Virus record (IMG/VR): IMGVR_UViG_3300045988_086557
DNA from: a virus
DNA length: 64,000 nucleotides
Strand: one strand, 5' to 3'
Shown: piece by piece, positions 26,801 to 38,726 of the stretch
How positions within the stretch are numbered: position 1 is the first letter of the stretch
Layout: each line of letters begins with the position of its first letter
Notes under the pieces: model-generated
Databases searched by the model: none
Told to the model about the DNA's origin: nothing
What the model saw: the letters and a program-made list of their open reading frames with translations, nothing else
Made by a program: the position numbers and the translations under genes

Positions 26801-29599
26801 AATAGAGGCCTAAGCAGCAGCCAAGGTTGCTTCATGCTATGCTTTTATAGCACTTGTTATTGCAGTAATCGCTATTATTGCTACCATAATTGCAGCAGTT
26901 AAGATGCCGGAAGCCATAACGGCTTTCTGCTTCGCCATAGCAAGCTATTCTGTCGCTAAAGCCTCTACTGATGTTGCCGCGGCGTCCGCTGCTGCTGCAA
27001 CAGCATGAGCAGTAGTTAACATATTTAAAGTTTTATAAACAGAAATAATAGAGGGTAGTAACATACCAAGAGAAGTAAACAAAGCTACAATTCTTTCAGT
27101 TGAAGTCATATCTTCATCAGAAAAAATTCTTCCAATGCTCTAAAAAGCATTCATAATCATAGTTAAACTAGAAAGAGAACTTCCAACCTAAACCAATATT
27201 GTAGCCCAATCTCTCGTTGGTATTAATGCTTTTGTAATTACACTAGGGAACTTCGCTAACAATTCCTAATATCGAGCCTCTTGTTCAGTTGTTCTTGCAG
27301 TAACAGACTCCAATTTTGTTAATTCATTAATATAAGAAGTAACTACTCTTGGATCGGCTCCCATAGTCTATAAAATAGTCCCAAGTTCACGAATTTGCAA
27401 TTTTGCATTTTGAGACTAATTTTTTAACCCCTCTAATTGCTAAGTCAGCCATTCAATCTAAGCATAATTATGTTCTTTTCCCGTAATACTAGATAATAAA
27501 TTACGAAGGCTGTCTCTAGTCGCAGTTCCAGCGCTTTCAAGTTTTTTAAATTCTTGATACACTGTATCAAGTTTTGTAGATTGCTAAATTAAACTAGTTA
27601 ACTAAGTAGTAACATCATTATAAATTTTATCAAGGTTACTATTAGCTCTTATATTTAACTAAATTTGATTACTTTTATTTCTACTATTAAATTTATTTAT
27701 TTCTGCTTTAACTTCTTCTTGCCAGCCATCTTTTATTCCTATATTAAAATAAATAGTATCTCTAAGATTTAATACATTTTCCCTAGACTAAATCTACTAC
27801 TAAGAATATGTCTTTAACTAATCTTGCAAAATACTTAATTTTAACTGTTCTGTCTAAATTAATCTACGACCATTAGCATCCATCGCGTCGTAGTTACTAT
27901 TTATTTGGCCCTATATATTAGCCTAGTCAACCATAATATTAAAAAGATTTTTTTCAGCCTAAGACATAGAGTTTGTTAAGCCTAATTGAGTTGCTATCTC
28001 AGCCGCTGATGCCTACAAATTTCTTGCTCTATTCTACTCTAATCCAGATAGAACTTTTATATTAGCCACCATAGAACGCATTGATTCAGCAATCTTATTT
28101 CCATAAATCCCATTAATCAACAAAGCGGTACTAGCTAAAATACCATTTAACCCTCCCATTGCATCAATGGCGTCTGCAATACCAGATAAAAATGGAGTTA
28201 AGACATTATCTGCATTTATATACAAATCTGGATTTATGACACTATCATAAATATCCTCAGCAGATGCTTTTACTCTATCTCTAGCAGCTTCCCAAGATTC
28301 AGCATAAATATCTGCCTGTTCCTAAAGAGATCCCTCTGCTCCATAAGCACTAGCTAAATTCTCCTAAAAGAAATCCCAATTATCCATAAGTGCAATAAGA
28401 CGAGTATATTGGCGAACTCCGGCTACGGTCTAAGCCAAAGCAATCTACTAGTCATTAGATAAGGTCTCCCATTTTGAACCCATTTCATCAAGTAAGGTAT
28501 CCATAGTTTTAATCTCACCATTAACATCAAAAATATCAATACCCACTTTTTCAAGAGCTTTAGAATATTTATTTAATGTAGTGCCATCATCGAGAGTTTC
28601 TCCAAGATTTAAGCCTTGGATACGAGCAAATAAAGTTCTAAATGCTGTACCTACTGTATTAGCAGACTCACGTGTCGTAGCAGTGACAGTAGCAAGAGCA
28701 GAAGCAGCATATTCGTAACTTAATCCAACTGTATCTGCTACAGAGGCAAATTGTTGGATACCTTCTGAAATTTCATCAGAGCTAGACGCTGTATCGGCGC
28801 CTAAACGCACCATTACATCAGCATAATATTCAAGACTCTTACTTCCATCATAGAAGTTGTTCCAAACTGCGGTCAGCTGATCCGAAGCGGTCTATGCACT
28901 AATTCCTGCGGCATTAGCCATTTTAATAGTAGTTTCAGTTCTATCTAAAACTTCCTATTCAGTAAGACCCTATTGATAATAAATCAAAGCAGCATCACTA
29001 TATTCAACAGTAGTTGTACTTAATGCTTTTGCTGCTTCATTTGCCTATTGAGCAAATTTAGCCATGTCTTCCGCAGAGTTTTCAGTAACTATACGAATAT
29101 TTGTTAATGATTCATTTAGATCTTGTGCATACCCATAAGCTGATTCTATGGTTCCCACAAAACTATTTAACGCGGTGGAGGTAATCTGCCATCTCATAGT
29201 ATTTTTCATAGTAATCCATAACTAATCGAATATTTTGCCAGTGCGCAATGCTGGAAGCTCCGCTTTTTGAATCGCTGTTGCTACATTTAAAAAAGCCTTT
29301 TGCCCCTCGGTACCAATCGAAATTAACGAGTTGGCATAATCTTTAAGAGTTCTTCCGCTAGATTTTAAACTATTTTCAAAAGCTACTAAATCTAACTTTC
29401 CAGTCCCTTGATTAAATGCCTAATGCATATAAGTAGATAACTCTAGCGCAGACTAAGAAGCTTGTCGCAATTCTGCTGTAACTTTAGAACCGGCACTGAT
29501 TTTATTTAAAGATTGAACTGCCTCGTTTACTGCTCTGTAAAGTTCAGCAGTATCAACATCAAACCCAATCTAATAATTTAATCTTCTATTATTAGCCAC
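20873..29599 (-). CDS. tail tape measure protein (about 2900 aa if uninterrupted), TAG-rich
   Basis: TP901-type TMP core 'TAFRTLFARIQGLNLGETLDDGTTLNKYSKALEKVGIDIFD', hydrophobic segment around 26.8-27.2 kb, heptad-rich repeats. Track ORFs 28448..28813, 28034..28225, 26108..26485 and 21293..21634 all lie in one frame and are separated only by TAG. GTG start after AGGAGG. Full continuity not verified codon by codon. Confidence 0.65.
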
Positions 29600-29704
29600 A
29601 ATCCTTTTCCTCCTTTATCACCCATAAAACAAATAAGGCTCTTGAGAATTATATCTCAAGAGCCTTTTAATTCTCTATCTAATTTGTAAATTATATTAGA
29701 TTTA

Positions 29705-30244
29705 TTAATCTTTTCCAACCACATCTTTAATTACTGATAAAGTTTCAAGATTCTCACCATTTTTAATTTTTTCCATTATATCAGTAATATATGTATCTAA
29801 TCCAGAAGCATTTTTATTCATCATTTGGATAATGCCTGCGGCAGAGTTATTATATCTTGCTATATCGCTTAAAGTATCTCTAACTAAGTCTTCAATAAAA
29901 GACAATTCATCTACTGGAATAGCACTTCTAATTGCATCAATAACACCATTAGTCTCTAGTGTATCATAAGTTTTGGCAATATTTTCATGCACATCTTCTT
30001 GCTCAAAAACAATTCCACCATACCATCTGCAAATAGCAATAGCAAAATAAGTTTCTACTCTTACCGGACTAAAACACCCAGTCATCTCATCTATCGCTAA
30101 ATCTGCGACAAAAGTAATAAGATTTGTTTTATCTGCAATCGGAAGATAATTAACCACAGATAAAATCTTATCTTCTCCAATTTTTACTTCTGTATATTTA
30201 ATTTTAGGCTCCAAACCCAAATCTTTAAAAGTAATTTCACTCAT
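29705..30244 (-). CDS. tail assembly chaperone (179 aa, TAG-free)
   Basis: acidic small protein immediately upstream of TMP; position and size typical of gpG-like chaperone. Confidence 0.45.
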   Translation of the reverse strand: MSEITFKDLGLEPKIKYTEVKIGEDKILSVVNYLPIADKTNLITFVADLAIDEMTGCFSPVRVETYFAIAICRWYGGIVFEQEDVHENIAKTYDTLETNGVIDAIRSAIPVDELSFIEDLVRDTLSDIARYNNSAAGIIQMMNKNASGLDTYITDIMEKIKNGENLETLSVIKDVVGKD

Positions 30245-30309
30245 TGTAAAAACTCCTTTATCTCATTTATATTTTTATTATACTAGAAAAATTAACTATT
30301 GTCAAGTTT

Positions 30310-31740
30310 TTAATATGCGTATTTAGACAATATATTATTGTTTAATGTAGCAGAAATTGTTAATTTACTTATGACTTCATTAACTATATTACTACGAGTT
30401 AAAGCGTCTAATACATTTGGACCAGTATTTCCATACCACTTATTACCAGTAGAATTTTCTCCCCCAATAGAAACTATTTCATGACCGCTATTGCGAACTA
30501 TGTCATCACAAATATTATTTATAATACGCTAAATAGAAAAAACTTTACCATTAACAATAAGTAACTGACCAAGATGTCCTTTAGAAGAAGCTAGACCGCC
30601 AGAAGAAACCCATTCATTAAAAAATGAGGCGGCTACCGATGCACGAATATTATTAAAAGATTCTTCAAAATCTGATCCAGTGAATCTATGAGCAATCATA
30701 TTATAAGCAAGATATTTTTCTGGCTAACCAGAAAAATAATCCCCTACATTTATATTTGAAAAAACCTAAATTCTATTTGCAGATTTCTTTTTATTCTACC
30801 ACTTTGCATTAACATTAGCACTAATTTCTATATTAAATACTTGATTACCCTTAGTTACTGACAAATTAAAAACATCATTATTAAAAACTTTAACAGCACC
30901 TCTACTTCCATTGTCAGAAGTAGTATTCTATCCTCTATCAACCCACTTTAATTTTCCACCAGACTACTTAATAGCAGTATCTAATATACTATCCGCAGTA
31001 TTAATTCCAATAGATATACCTTCTGCGACTATAGCTTGACTAATCTAATTTCCAATAACTTTTCTAAAAATATATGATATTGTATTAGCAAAAGATCTAG
31101 AGTTTACACTTCCACCTTCATTTAATCTTGAAACCGCTCTACTCAACGAATCTATTACTTCTTTCGCTACATTGATATCCCCATCTTCAATGGACATAAC
31201 ATAGTGCTGCTAAGAATTATCTATCTAAAAACTAGTACCAACTAGCGATCTTCCTATCTAGGTTAAAGCATCAAGAACACTGACATTTATCATATTGGCT
31301 TTCATAAGAGCCTATATCAATAATCTAAAAAAATCATTAACTCTTTTTATATCAGGTGTCCCATTAGCCAACAAATTATTAAAATTGCCAGCCTATTGTA
31401 ATATAGTATTATAATTTTCAAAATTTACCTATCCACCGGCTAATTCAATTCCTTCATTGATACCTGCCGCGATCTAATCAAGAGTAGAATCCAATAAGGT
31501 ACCAATCTATAAATCACTTAAAACTCTCAATCCGCTCGCGGCAACTGGACCCTTAGATTGCATCTATTCTTGAATTGATGCAATCTAAGTCTCAATTCCC
31601 GCAGTCTTCATTTTACTCATTGCCTCTTGATACTATCCACTAAAGAGAATATTTGCGGACTCTACATCTCCATATTCTCTTAAATGACTACTATGATAAA
31701 CAATATAATTTAAAGACCAACGCTATACATAATCATAAAT
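30310..31740 (-). CDS. hypothetical tail protein (about 470 aa, TAG-rich)
   Basis: continuous translation through about 10 TAG between the major tail protein and the chaperone; C-terminus '...SGHEIVSIGGENSTGNKWYGNTGP...'. Confidence 0.3.
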
Positions 31741-31811
31741 ATTAACATCCATACTCCTATATCTCCTTATAAAAAGAAAAAGGGAGGACTTTATTAAGTC
31801 CTCCCTTAAAA

Positions 31812-33203
31812 TTAAATGGTGTCATCGCTAACAGAGACTAACTTATTGCGCATTTTTGCGCCAGAATAAGTGCTTGTGCTTTCTGCAAAACTGAGCTTGT
31901 TATTAATAGTATAACTCTTCTCAAAGTCTCCGTTAATCTTAGTAATCTTAGCTGTAATAGGAGTTGTATTACTCTCCTTAGTAAGAATTACTAATAGGCC
32001 ATCTGCCAATTCTGCGCCATCTACGGTTTGAGTCTTTGTATTGCCCTCAATACGGTCATCAGTAGAGAAGTATTTCTCATATGCTGGATTAGTTGTTACT
32101 ACAGTATACTTGGTACTATCGCTCTCTACTGGAATTTGGAGGCTAATTTGTGCGGCTTCTGGAATTGTATCTCCATAAGCCTCAGTATCATAAGCCTTTC
32201 CTGTTACAGTACCAGTTACATCAAGTTCCGCCTCTGTGGCACTGTTAGAAACAAAATTTACAGTTACATCAGCAGCTTCACTCTCATAAGTACCAACATT
32301 CTCAGAGCATGGCTCACGAGATCCTTCGGTTTCCCCAGTTTCATCAGTAATTACCTGAATAGCGGCAAGAACTTTATGAGTTTGATCAAACTTAGTGTAG
32401 TCTGGGAAAGCGTCCATTGTGAATGTAAAGGTAGATGGATCACCGTTAGCAGCCATGCTGAATGTGAAGTTACTCTGAACCTTACAGTTAGGAATAATAA
32501 ATTCAGCAGGCATATCTACGCCATCGCTCTCACGGCGGAATAGAGTAGAAGCTTCAAGATAATAGTTTCCACCAAACTTATCAGCGGTAATCTCAATCAT
32601 CTGGGCGCCACCAGTGCGCTTTACATAATAGTCAACTAAAACGATAGTACCAGATGGGAGCACTCCCGCATGAGAATAGCAAGTTAAAGTTGATTTTCCG
32701 TCCTCTGTATAAGAAACAGAAACAGGAATGCATGGTTCAGCATTAACTTGACCATCATCTCCTAATACCATTACAAAAATGTCAGCAGAACGATGATACA
32801 TTTCATTTTCATGATCTGCAAATCCATTCCAGCAAGCTTTATCAGGAATCACGATAGTGTTAGCTGTTTCAACTTCTACCTGAGAAGTTTGATGAACGTA
32901 AATTGGAGCTTCTTTTGTTGCATCAAGCAGACCTGCACCAGAAAGAATAGAGAAGCTCTCTGGAGAAAGTAAAGCATCTTCCATTGTAAATGTTAGAGTA
33001 CGCTCACCTTCCCAAGCAATCAATCTAGTATATCCACGTCCGCCCTGTGCGTATACAGTTGTTGCAGCACCTTCAAGAGTAGAGGTTCTTAAAGTGTCAA
33101 AGTACAAAACTGGTTCATTTTTATAGAACTTACGATTACCTAAAGTCTGATAGCTTTTGGCACGAAGTACTACATCGCAAATCTCACGAATACCAAAACG
33201 CAT
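31812..33203 (-). CDS. major tail protein (tube/sheath-type) with C-terminal Ig-like extension, 463 aa, TAG-free
   Basis: longest uninterrupted ORF of the late region, located after the head-tail joining genes and before the chaperone/TMP. Confidence 0.55.
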   Translation of the reverse strand: MRFGIREICDVVLRAKSYQTLGNRKFYKNEPVLYFDTLRTSTLEGAATTVYAQGGRGYTRLIAWEGERTLTFTMEDALLSPESFSILSGAGLLDATKEAPIYVHQTSQVEVETANTIVIPDKACWNGFADHENEMYHRSADIFVMVLGDDGQVNAEPCIPVSVSYTEDGKSTLTCYSHAGVLPSGTIVLVDYYVKRTGGAQMIEITADKFGGNYYLEASTLFRRESDGVDMPAEFIIPNCKVQSNFTFSMAANGDPSTFTFTMDAFPDYTKFDQTHKVLAAIQVITDETGETEGSREPCSENVGTYESEAADVTVNFVSNSATEAELDVTGTVTGKAYDTEAYGDTIPEAAQISLQIPVESDSTKYTVVTTNPAYEKYFSTDDRIEGNTKTQTVDGAELADGLLVILTKESNTTPITAKITKINGDFEKSYTINNKLSFAESTSTYSGAKMRNKLVSVSDDTI

Positions 33204-33239
33204 GAGCTAATTCCTCCTTAATTTTTAGGATGTATATCT

Positions 33240-36200
33240 CGCATCCATGATTCAACTGGTTTATCTGGTTTGCCGCCCGCAAGACGAACCCGCAAGTCAA
33301 CATCCCATTCAATAAACGCATTATATCTTTCCATCAAATCAAATATCTAAAACATATTTAGATTTAAGCAATCCTCTAAACTCATTGTATTAGATCCGAT
33401 TGTCAAGATAGATATATAGCGTGTTAGAACACTCTCATTATTTCCTTTGCTTTTGATTTCTGCTACTTTTCGTCTACCGCGCATTAACTTTTCAGCAATT
33501 TCTTTAGCTCGGTCATTAGCTGGATTATAGATAACATTATTTCCCTAAAATAGACTGTTTACACACAAAATCTCTTTTAGTACGCTTTGAAAAATATCAA
33601 AGTTATTATCATCTATTAACAAAGGCTAATTTTCTCCTTGCTTAGTTAAAATTATTGAATTTCTAGTTATTACTGGTATATAATCAGGAAATAATAATGT
33701 AAGTAGCATAATAACAGCATTTTTTTTATCTTTATCCTGTGACTATTCTAACACCTTCATCAATACTTGAAAATTAGTTAATGATGATAAAAGAGTTTCG
33801 TCCTATATTAATGATTCTTTATCTAAACATAAATATTGAACTGCCATAAAAAATTTTGTCTCTCCCATAAGAGCTATCTCTTTAATGACGGGAACGTGAA
33901 TAGTAAGTTGTAATTCAGGAATGGGAATATCAATCCCGGCCATTAAAGCTAGTCTATAATCAAGCAAGTGGATTTACCTTATCTTCATTTCCGCGAATAG
34001 CAAGATATGTTAGAGACAAACCAGCAAATTCTTCATCATATATATATGGCGTAGCTGATACAAATTCTAGCTCTCCTATACCCGTTAAATGAGTTCCATC
34101 AAGCATTGAATCTATCTCTCCCGCAATTCGATAAGGTCGTAAATCATAATCTCCCAAATCCCAATTATCATAATGACAAATAATATCAATACCAAATGTA
34201 TTATCTCTATATTCAGGATTTGTAGAATTTCTAACCATAGTGCCATAGATCAATCTTAAATAAGATTTTTCTGGTCTATCAACCTTTATCTTAGGAACAG
34301 CAGAAATCTACTTAGTATCAATCATTTCCTTTATCATATCTCCTGTAACGGTCGGTTTACTTTTCCAATCTCTAGTATTATAAGTTAATAATTTCAAAAC
34401 ATTCTAATTAGAAAGTATTCTTTCCATAATCAGAGAAGCATCTTTCTACATACCTAACAAACTAGATTTAGGATACTCATAAGTATTTTTTTTCATTTCA
34501 ATTCACTCTCCTTAAAATAAAGATTCTACTACAATAACTTTTTCCAGTACAGTATTATCCTTCTTCCATACTAGAGTGAATTGACCATGAGTAGTTTTAT
34601 TCCACACCAACTAAACAGATTTATTTCCATTTGGACATAAAGTTACAGGAACATTCTTTTCTAATATTGACCAAGCTCCATTAGCTTCTTCTACAGAATA
34701 AGATTCTTCTATCATTGGTTTAATAAAAGTCTCTCCCATAATCCCGCTATTTGGAGTAGGATCTTCTGGTTCGAATATTAAACCATCTTTCATACTATTT
34801 TCTATATCATCAGTGTCTCTATTTATATAATCTTCTTCTGCACTAACTTCAATTACATTCTTCATACTTATATCATCTGGAGCCTAAACTTTCCAACATC
34901 TTCCAGCGAACAAAAATTCGCTATATCTATCAAAAGCATGAATAGTTTTCTCATTTCTTGGCATAAGTATGTTTAAGCTAAGATTAGGTTTATCCAATCT
35001 TTCTTGATTCTTCTAAATAGACTCGATTTGGGTTTCAACTGGACCTCGAATCGCAGCCCAAGTCTAACACCAATTCCCTTCCTAATCTTTAAACTTAATT
35101 CTATATCTACAACGTCTTATTTCCCCTCTAAAATAAGCGTCCTCAGTTATTTCTTCAAGATAAATTATCCAGTGAGTGCCAGTTTTTTTCCACTCAAAGA
35201 CATCTCCAGGCCCATATTGATTAATATGATCTATGGAGATTATCTTATCATCATAGTCCTGTTTCACTTTATCTGGATTAATAAGCGCACGACACATAGG
35301 ATAAATATTCATATCTGGATCAACAGCATCTAACGTTGCATCTAAAACCTAGGTTGACTTCTAGACTAATTGAACGGTACAGGCTTGATAAGAATATAAT
35401 AATGCTTTCTAAAGAGTTCTCCATTTATCTTTGATCATTCTATCTTCCTAGTGAATACCACCCTACCATTCAAATCTTTTTCGCATTAATTCAAGATTCA
35501 TCATCTCTAATCACCTACGCCAACAAATCAATACATCTAAAGACTGTTTTTCGATAAATCATAAAATCATTACAGACATTTGAAGATAACCCTTCCAGTT
35601 TAGACAATAAAATAAGTCCCTCAACTCTATCTTTATACATTTTAACTAATCCACTAATTTCTTCTGTTATTACATTCAAATGGTTTACCCAGTCTTCATT
35701 ATTCTCTCTCATTGGAATTAACTTCCATAACTAATTAATCAATCTCTTTAAATCCTACTCTTTTGTTTCTAATGGGAAATTAATATCATATTTATCCATC
35801 AAAAACACTCGTCTCTCTTAATGTTGACCAGTTTGATTTATAAGAGCCTTGATCATCAATTAGTTTTCTTCTTTTATAGAGACGCTGCATATGATGACTT
35901 TGACGTTCTGCTTCCTTTTTCAACTCTATTAATTTGGCTAAATGATTGGCCTAGGAAGTCATTTTAAAATCTGTTCCAGAATATTTCATTCTCGTCTATT
36001 CTATTGAAGCCACCTGGCGTTGTAACCAAGTATTATACATTAGAATAGCAAGAATATTTATTTCTTCTGTCGTTAAATGTGCAGAAAAGGCTGGAATAAT
36101 AGTTGCTATTCCAGTCTCTTCATCATTGTTTTCTATATTGGTAAAACTGTATAATGGAAAACGAGGGAATTCAAAACCAGGAAGAGCATCCATTAAGATA

Positions 36201-36350
36201 TTATATAAATCTTTTTCGGTATCTTCCTATGTCCATTCCATATACATATCATCAGTAATTTTACCAAAAAATCTATCATAAATTTCTTCAAAGGGGGTCG
36301 GATCGCCCTAAATTGGATATTTCTTATTATCCATGGCTATAACCTCCCTT
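33240..36350 (-). other. block of small head-tail joining / head completion / tail completion genes (about 6 ORFs, TAG-containing)
   Basis: track fragments 33960..34253, 34611..34865, 35082..35312, 35515..35712 and 35996..36193 extend through TAG into 100-230-aa proteins; position between capsid and tail genes. Confidence 0.35.
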
Positions 36351-36353
36351 ATG

Positions 36354-36887
36354 TCAATCAGAAATAGCTACTCTGCGTTTTGGAGCATCCTCACTTGTAG
36401 TTGACACTCTTCTTACAGGTTTCTCTTCCTTAGGATTCTTTTTATCATCTGCTGTTAATTCTAATGCTTTAGTAACATTAAATCCTAATTGTTTTTCCAA
36501 AGCGTCTCTTTTAGACATATCATTTAAGGGAAGAGAAATAGCATGGGATTTAATCAGATCTTTAGTGCCTTCTGGAGCAAAATCAAGAGCATCCTTAAAT
36601 TCATCTAAAGAACACGTATTCATCCAAGAATCAATCTCTTCTTCTTTCATCCAATACTCTGGTTCAACCCTACCATTAATAAGATATTCAACAATCTCTC
36701 TATCATCCACAAGCAAGTAATTATAAATTAATTTGCGGCCTCCAGGTGTTTGTACTAGCTTTTCTAGTTCAGATACTTCAAGTTCCTTATGTTCTCCAGG
36801 GTAAAACATACGGCGCACGCCCAATTCAGGCAATCTATATACAACACGACCTGCGCTCTTATTATAAACAGTGCAACTATTTTTCAT
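36354..36887 (-). CDS. hypothetical head-associated protein (177 aa, TAG-free)
   Basis: intact ORF directly downstream of the major capsid gene. Confidence 0.35.
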   Translation of the reverse strand: MKNSCTVYNKSAGRVVYRLPELGVRRMFYPGEHKELEVSELEKLVQTPGGRKLIYNYLLVDDREIVEYLINGRVEPEYWMKEEEIDSWMNTCSLDEFKDALDFAPEGTKDLIKSHAISLPLNDMSKRDALEKQLGFNVTKALELTADDKKNPKEEKPVRRVSTTSEDAPKRRVAISD

Positions 36888-36951
36888 AATTTTTATCTCC
36901 TTTTTCTCAATAAATAAAAGGGGATAGGGATATTTCCCTATCCCCTGTCAA

Positions 36952-38004
36952 TTAACCATTATTTGGATTTGGGTTAGTATTATCAAGCTCGCCTTGAAGT
37001 TCAGTATCAACATAAGAGAAGATGTTATTCGCCATCATTACACCGACACCAACCTTACGGTAAACCTGAATATCACGAGACCAGTCGTCATTATCATTGC
37101 GTTCGCGCACGTGGGTAGTACCTTCAAAAGCAACTTTTACAGGACGGCTCTCAGCTCCACCAGGAATAATCCAAGCATAACCTGGATCGATCATCTTTTT
37201 GGAGTTAGTCTCATCCTCAAGAGTTTGAGGTAGAATTACCACTCTAGTTCCCTTGTAATTTGCAAGATAACCAGTTCCCCAATACTGATCTCTCATGTTG
37301 TCAGAAATCCAAGCATCATTATCTGGAATCATTTTTACTGCAAACTCACGAGTGCAATAAATAGTTGGCTGACCATAAGCAGTAGCAGTATTTACAAGAT
37401 AATCCATAGTTGGTTCGTCAAAACCAGCAACAGCACAACGGTTTGCCGCGGGAAGCTGATTGATAGAACCCATAAGAGCTTGAGCAATCTCTCTATAAAT
37501 AAGCTCTTGCATACCCTCTGTTACAATTTGAGTAAGTTCTGCAAAGTTTACTCTTCCATCAAGGAACTCCTCAAATCCGATACGAGCAGCTCCACCAATG
37601 GCGCTTGTTCCAACTTCGAAGCTCTCAGAACCAAGCTTAAAGGTCTCATACACACCAGCAAGCCCCACACGAGTAATGAATTGCTTAGCGCGAGTAAGTC
37701 CAGTTCTACGAGTAAATACAGGCTTGTCGCCTTGTGCGAAAGTTCTAATCTCAGCAAAATTGCCATAAGAATTGAGTAAACGATTAGGAACAACTTCGTC
37801 CATAGTCTGCTCAATTAAAGAGAATAGAATATTTTTATTTTCTCTATAAAGTTCATCTGTGCCAACAAATTCATTTAGCTCATTACGCAAAGTAGTATTT
37901 AAAGCGTCATAGCTAAAAGACTCTCCTTGATAGCTATAGGTACCAGAAGGATTTGCATTAGCGACAGTTTTCATTAAACTAAGTAAATTAGCTTTATCTA
38001 ACAT
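36952..38004 (-). CDS. major capsid protein (350 aa, TAG-free)
   Basis: size and position after the scaffold/decoration genes; HK97-like capsid features. Strong RBS; no in-frame TAG in 350 codons. Confidence 0.6.
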   Translation of the reverse strand: MLDKANLLSLMKTVANANPSGTYSYQGESFSYDALNTTLRNELNEFVGTDELYRENKNILFSLIEQTMDEVVPNRLLNSYGNFAEIRTFAQGDKPVFTRRTGLTRAKQFITRVGLAGVYETFKLGSESFEVGTSAIGGAARIGFEEFLDGRVNFAELTQIVTEGMQELIYREIAQALMGSINQLPAANRCAVAGFDEPTMDYLVNTATAYGQPTIYCTREFAVKMIPDNDAWISDNMRDQYWGTGYLANYKGTRVVILPQTLEDETNSKKMIDPGYAWIIPGGAESRPVKVAFEGTTHVRERNDNDDWSRDIQVYRKVGVGVMMANNIFSYVDTELQGELDNTNPNPNNG

Positions 38005-38023
38005 TCTTCTTCACTCCTTCCAA

Positions 38024-38713
38024 TTAACCTACACGCTGTACTTTTACACCAGGTTGAAGATCTGGCATAGTATACACTTTTACTACTGCAAAGATAGGAT
38101 CTAAATCTCCACCTTTAGCAGAAGTTTCAGTATCTTTAGTTAAATATCCATCAGTATCAATCTTTAGACGATCGCCTACTGCAAGTTCTCCGGCATTAGC
38201 CTTAATGGTATTAGTAGTCCAAATATCGCCAATACTAATCTTAATTACGCGAGGTACCATTTTAGTTCCTTCTGGCATCAATGCAGGATAAGTAAATGTC
38301 TCCATATTTTTCTTATATGCTACATCACTACCTTCGCGCACAGCTTCTCCGGTATAATCACTTATTGTAGCAAGTGTAGAAACTGTTTGTCCAATTGGAC
38401 TATATACACGAGCATTATAATTATCCTTAATCATAGCAAAATCAGCATCAGTTTCGCGATCTCTATAAATCTTTACTTCATTAAATACCATCATCCAGGC
38501 GCCAGAAATAGCTTCCGTACTAAAATCGCATACGCCTTTTGCATAATCATACTTTACAAATTGACCGTTCTCAAGAATCTCAATAGTGCTAGCTGCGGGA
38601 AGCTGAGCATATACTTGACCATTTCTTGGAGCGGAAAGATGGTTTGGCTCCACTTGACCATATCCATACTGGACAAAAGTGGCATTACCTAATCTTTTAG
38701 AACTCTTAGCCAT
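38024..38713 (-). CDS. capsid decoration-like / second capsid protein (229 aa, TAG-free)
   Basis: between scaffold and MCP as in SPP1-like head modules. Confidence 0.35.
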   Translation of the reverse strand: MAKSSKRLGNATFVQYGYGQVEPNHLSAPRNGQVYAQLPAASTIEILENGQFVKYDYAKGVCDFSTEAISGAWMMVFNEVKIYRDRETDADFAMIKDNYNARVYSPIGQTVSTLATISDYTGEAVREGSDVAYKKNMETFTYPALMPEGTKMVPRVIKISIGDIWTTNTIKANAGELAVGDRLKIDTDGYLTKDTETSAKGGDLDPIFAVVKVYTMPDLQPGVKVQRVG

Positions 38714-38726
38714 TCTTTAATCCTCC

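Noticed and set aside
32028-38692. Plus-strand ORFs antisense to structural genes (32028..32543, 36994..37233, 37480..37779, 38387..38692)
   Set aside because: They lie entirely inside well-supported minus-strand genes (major tail, MCP, decoration). Low-complexity composition, no RBS.
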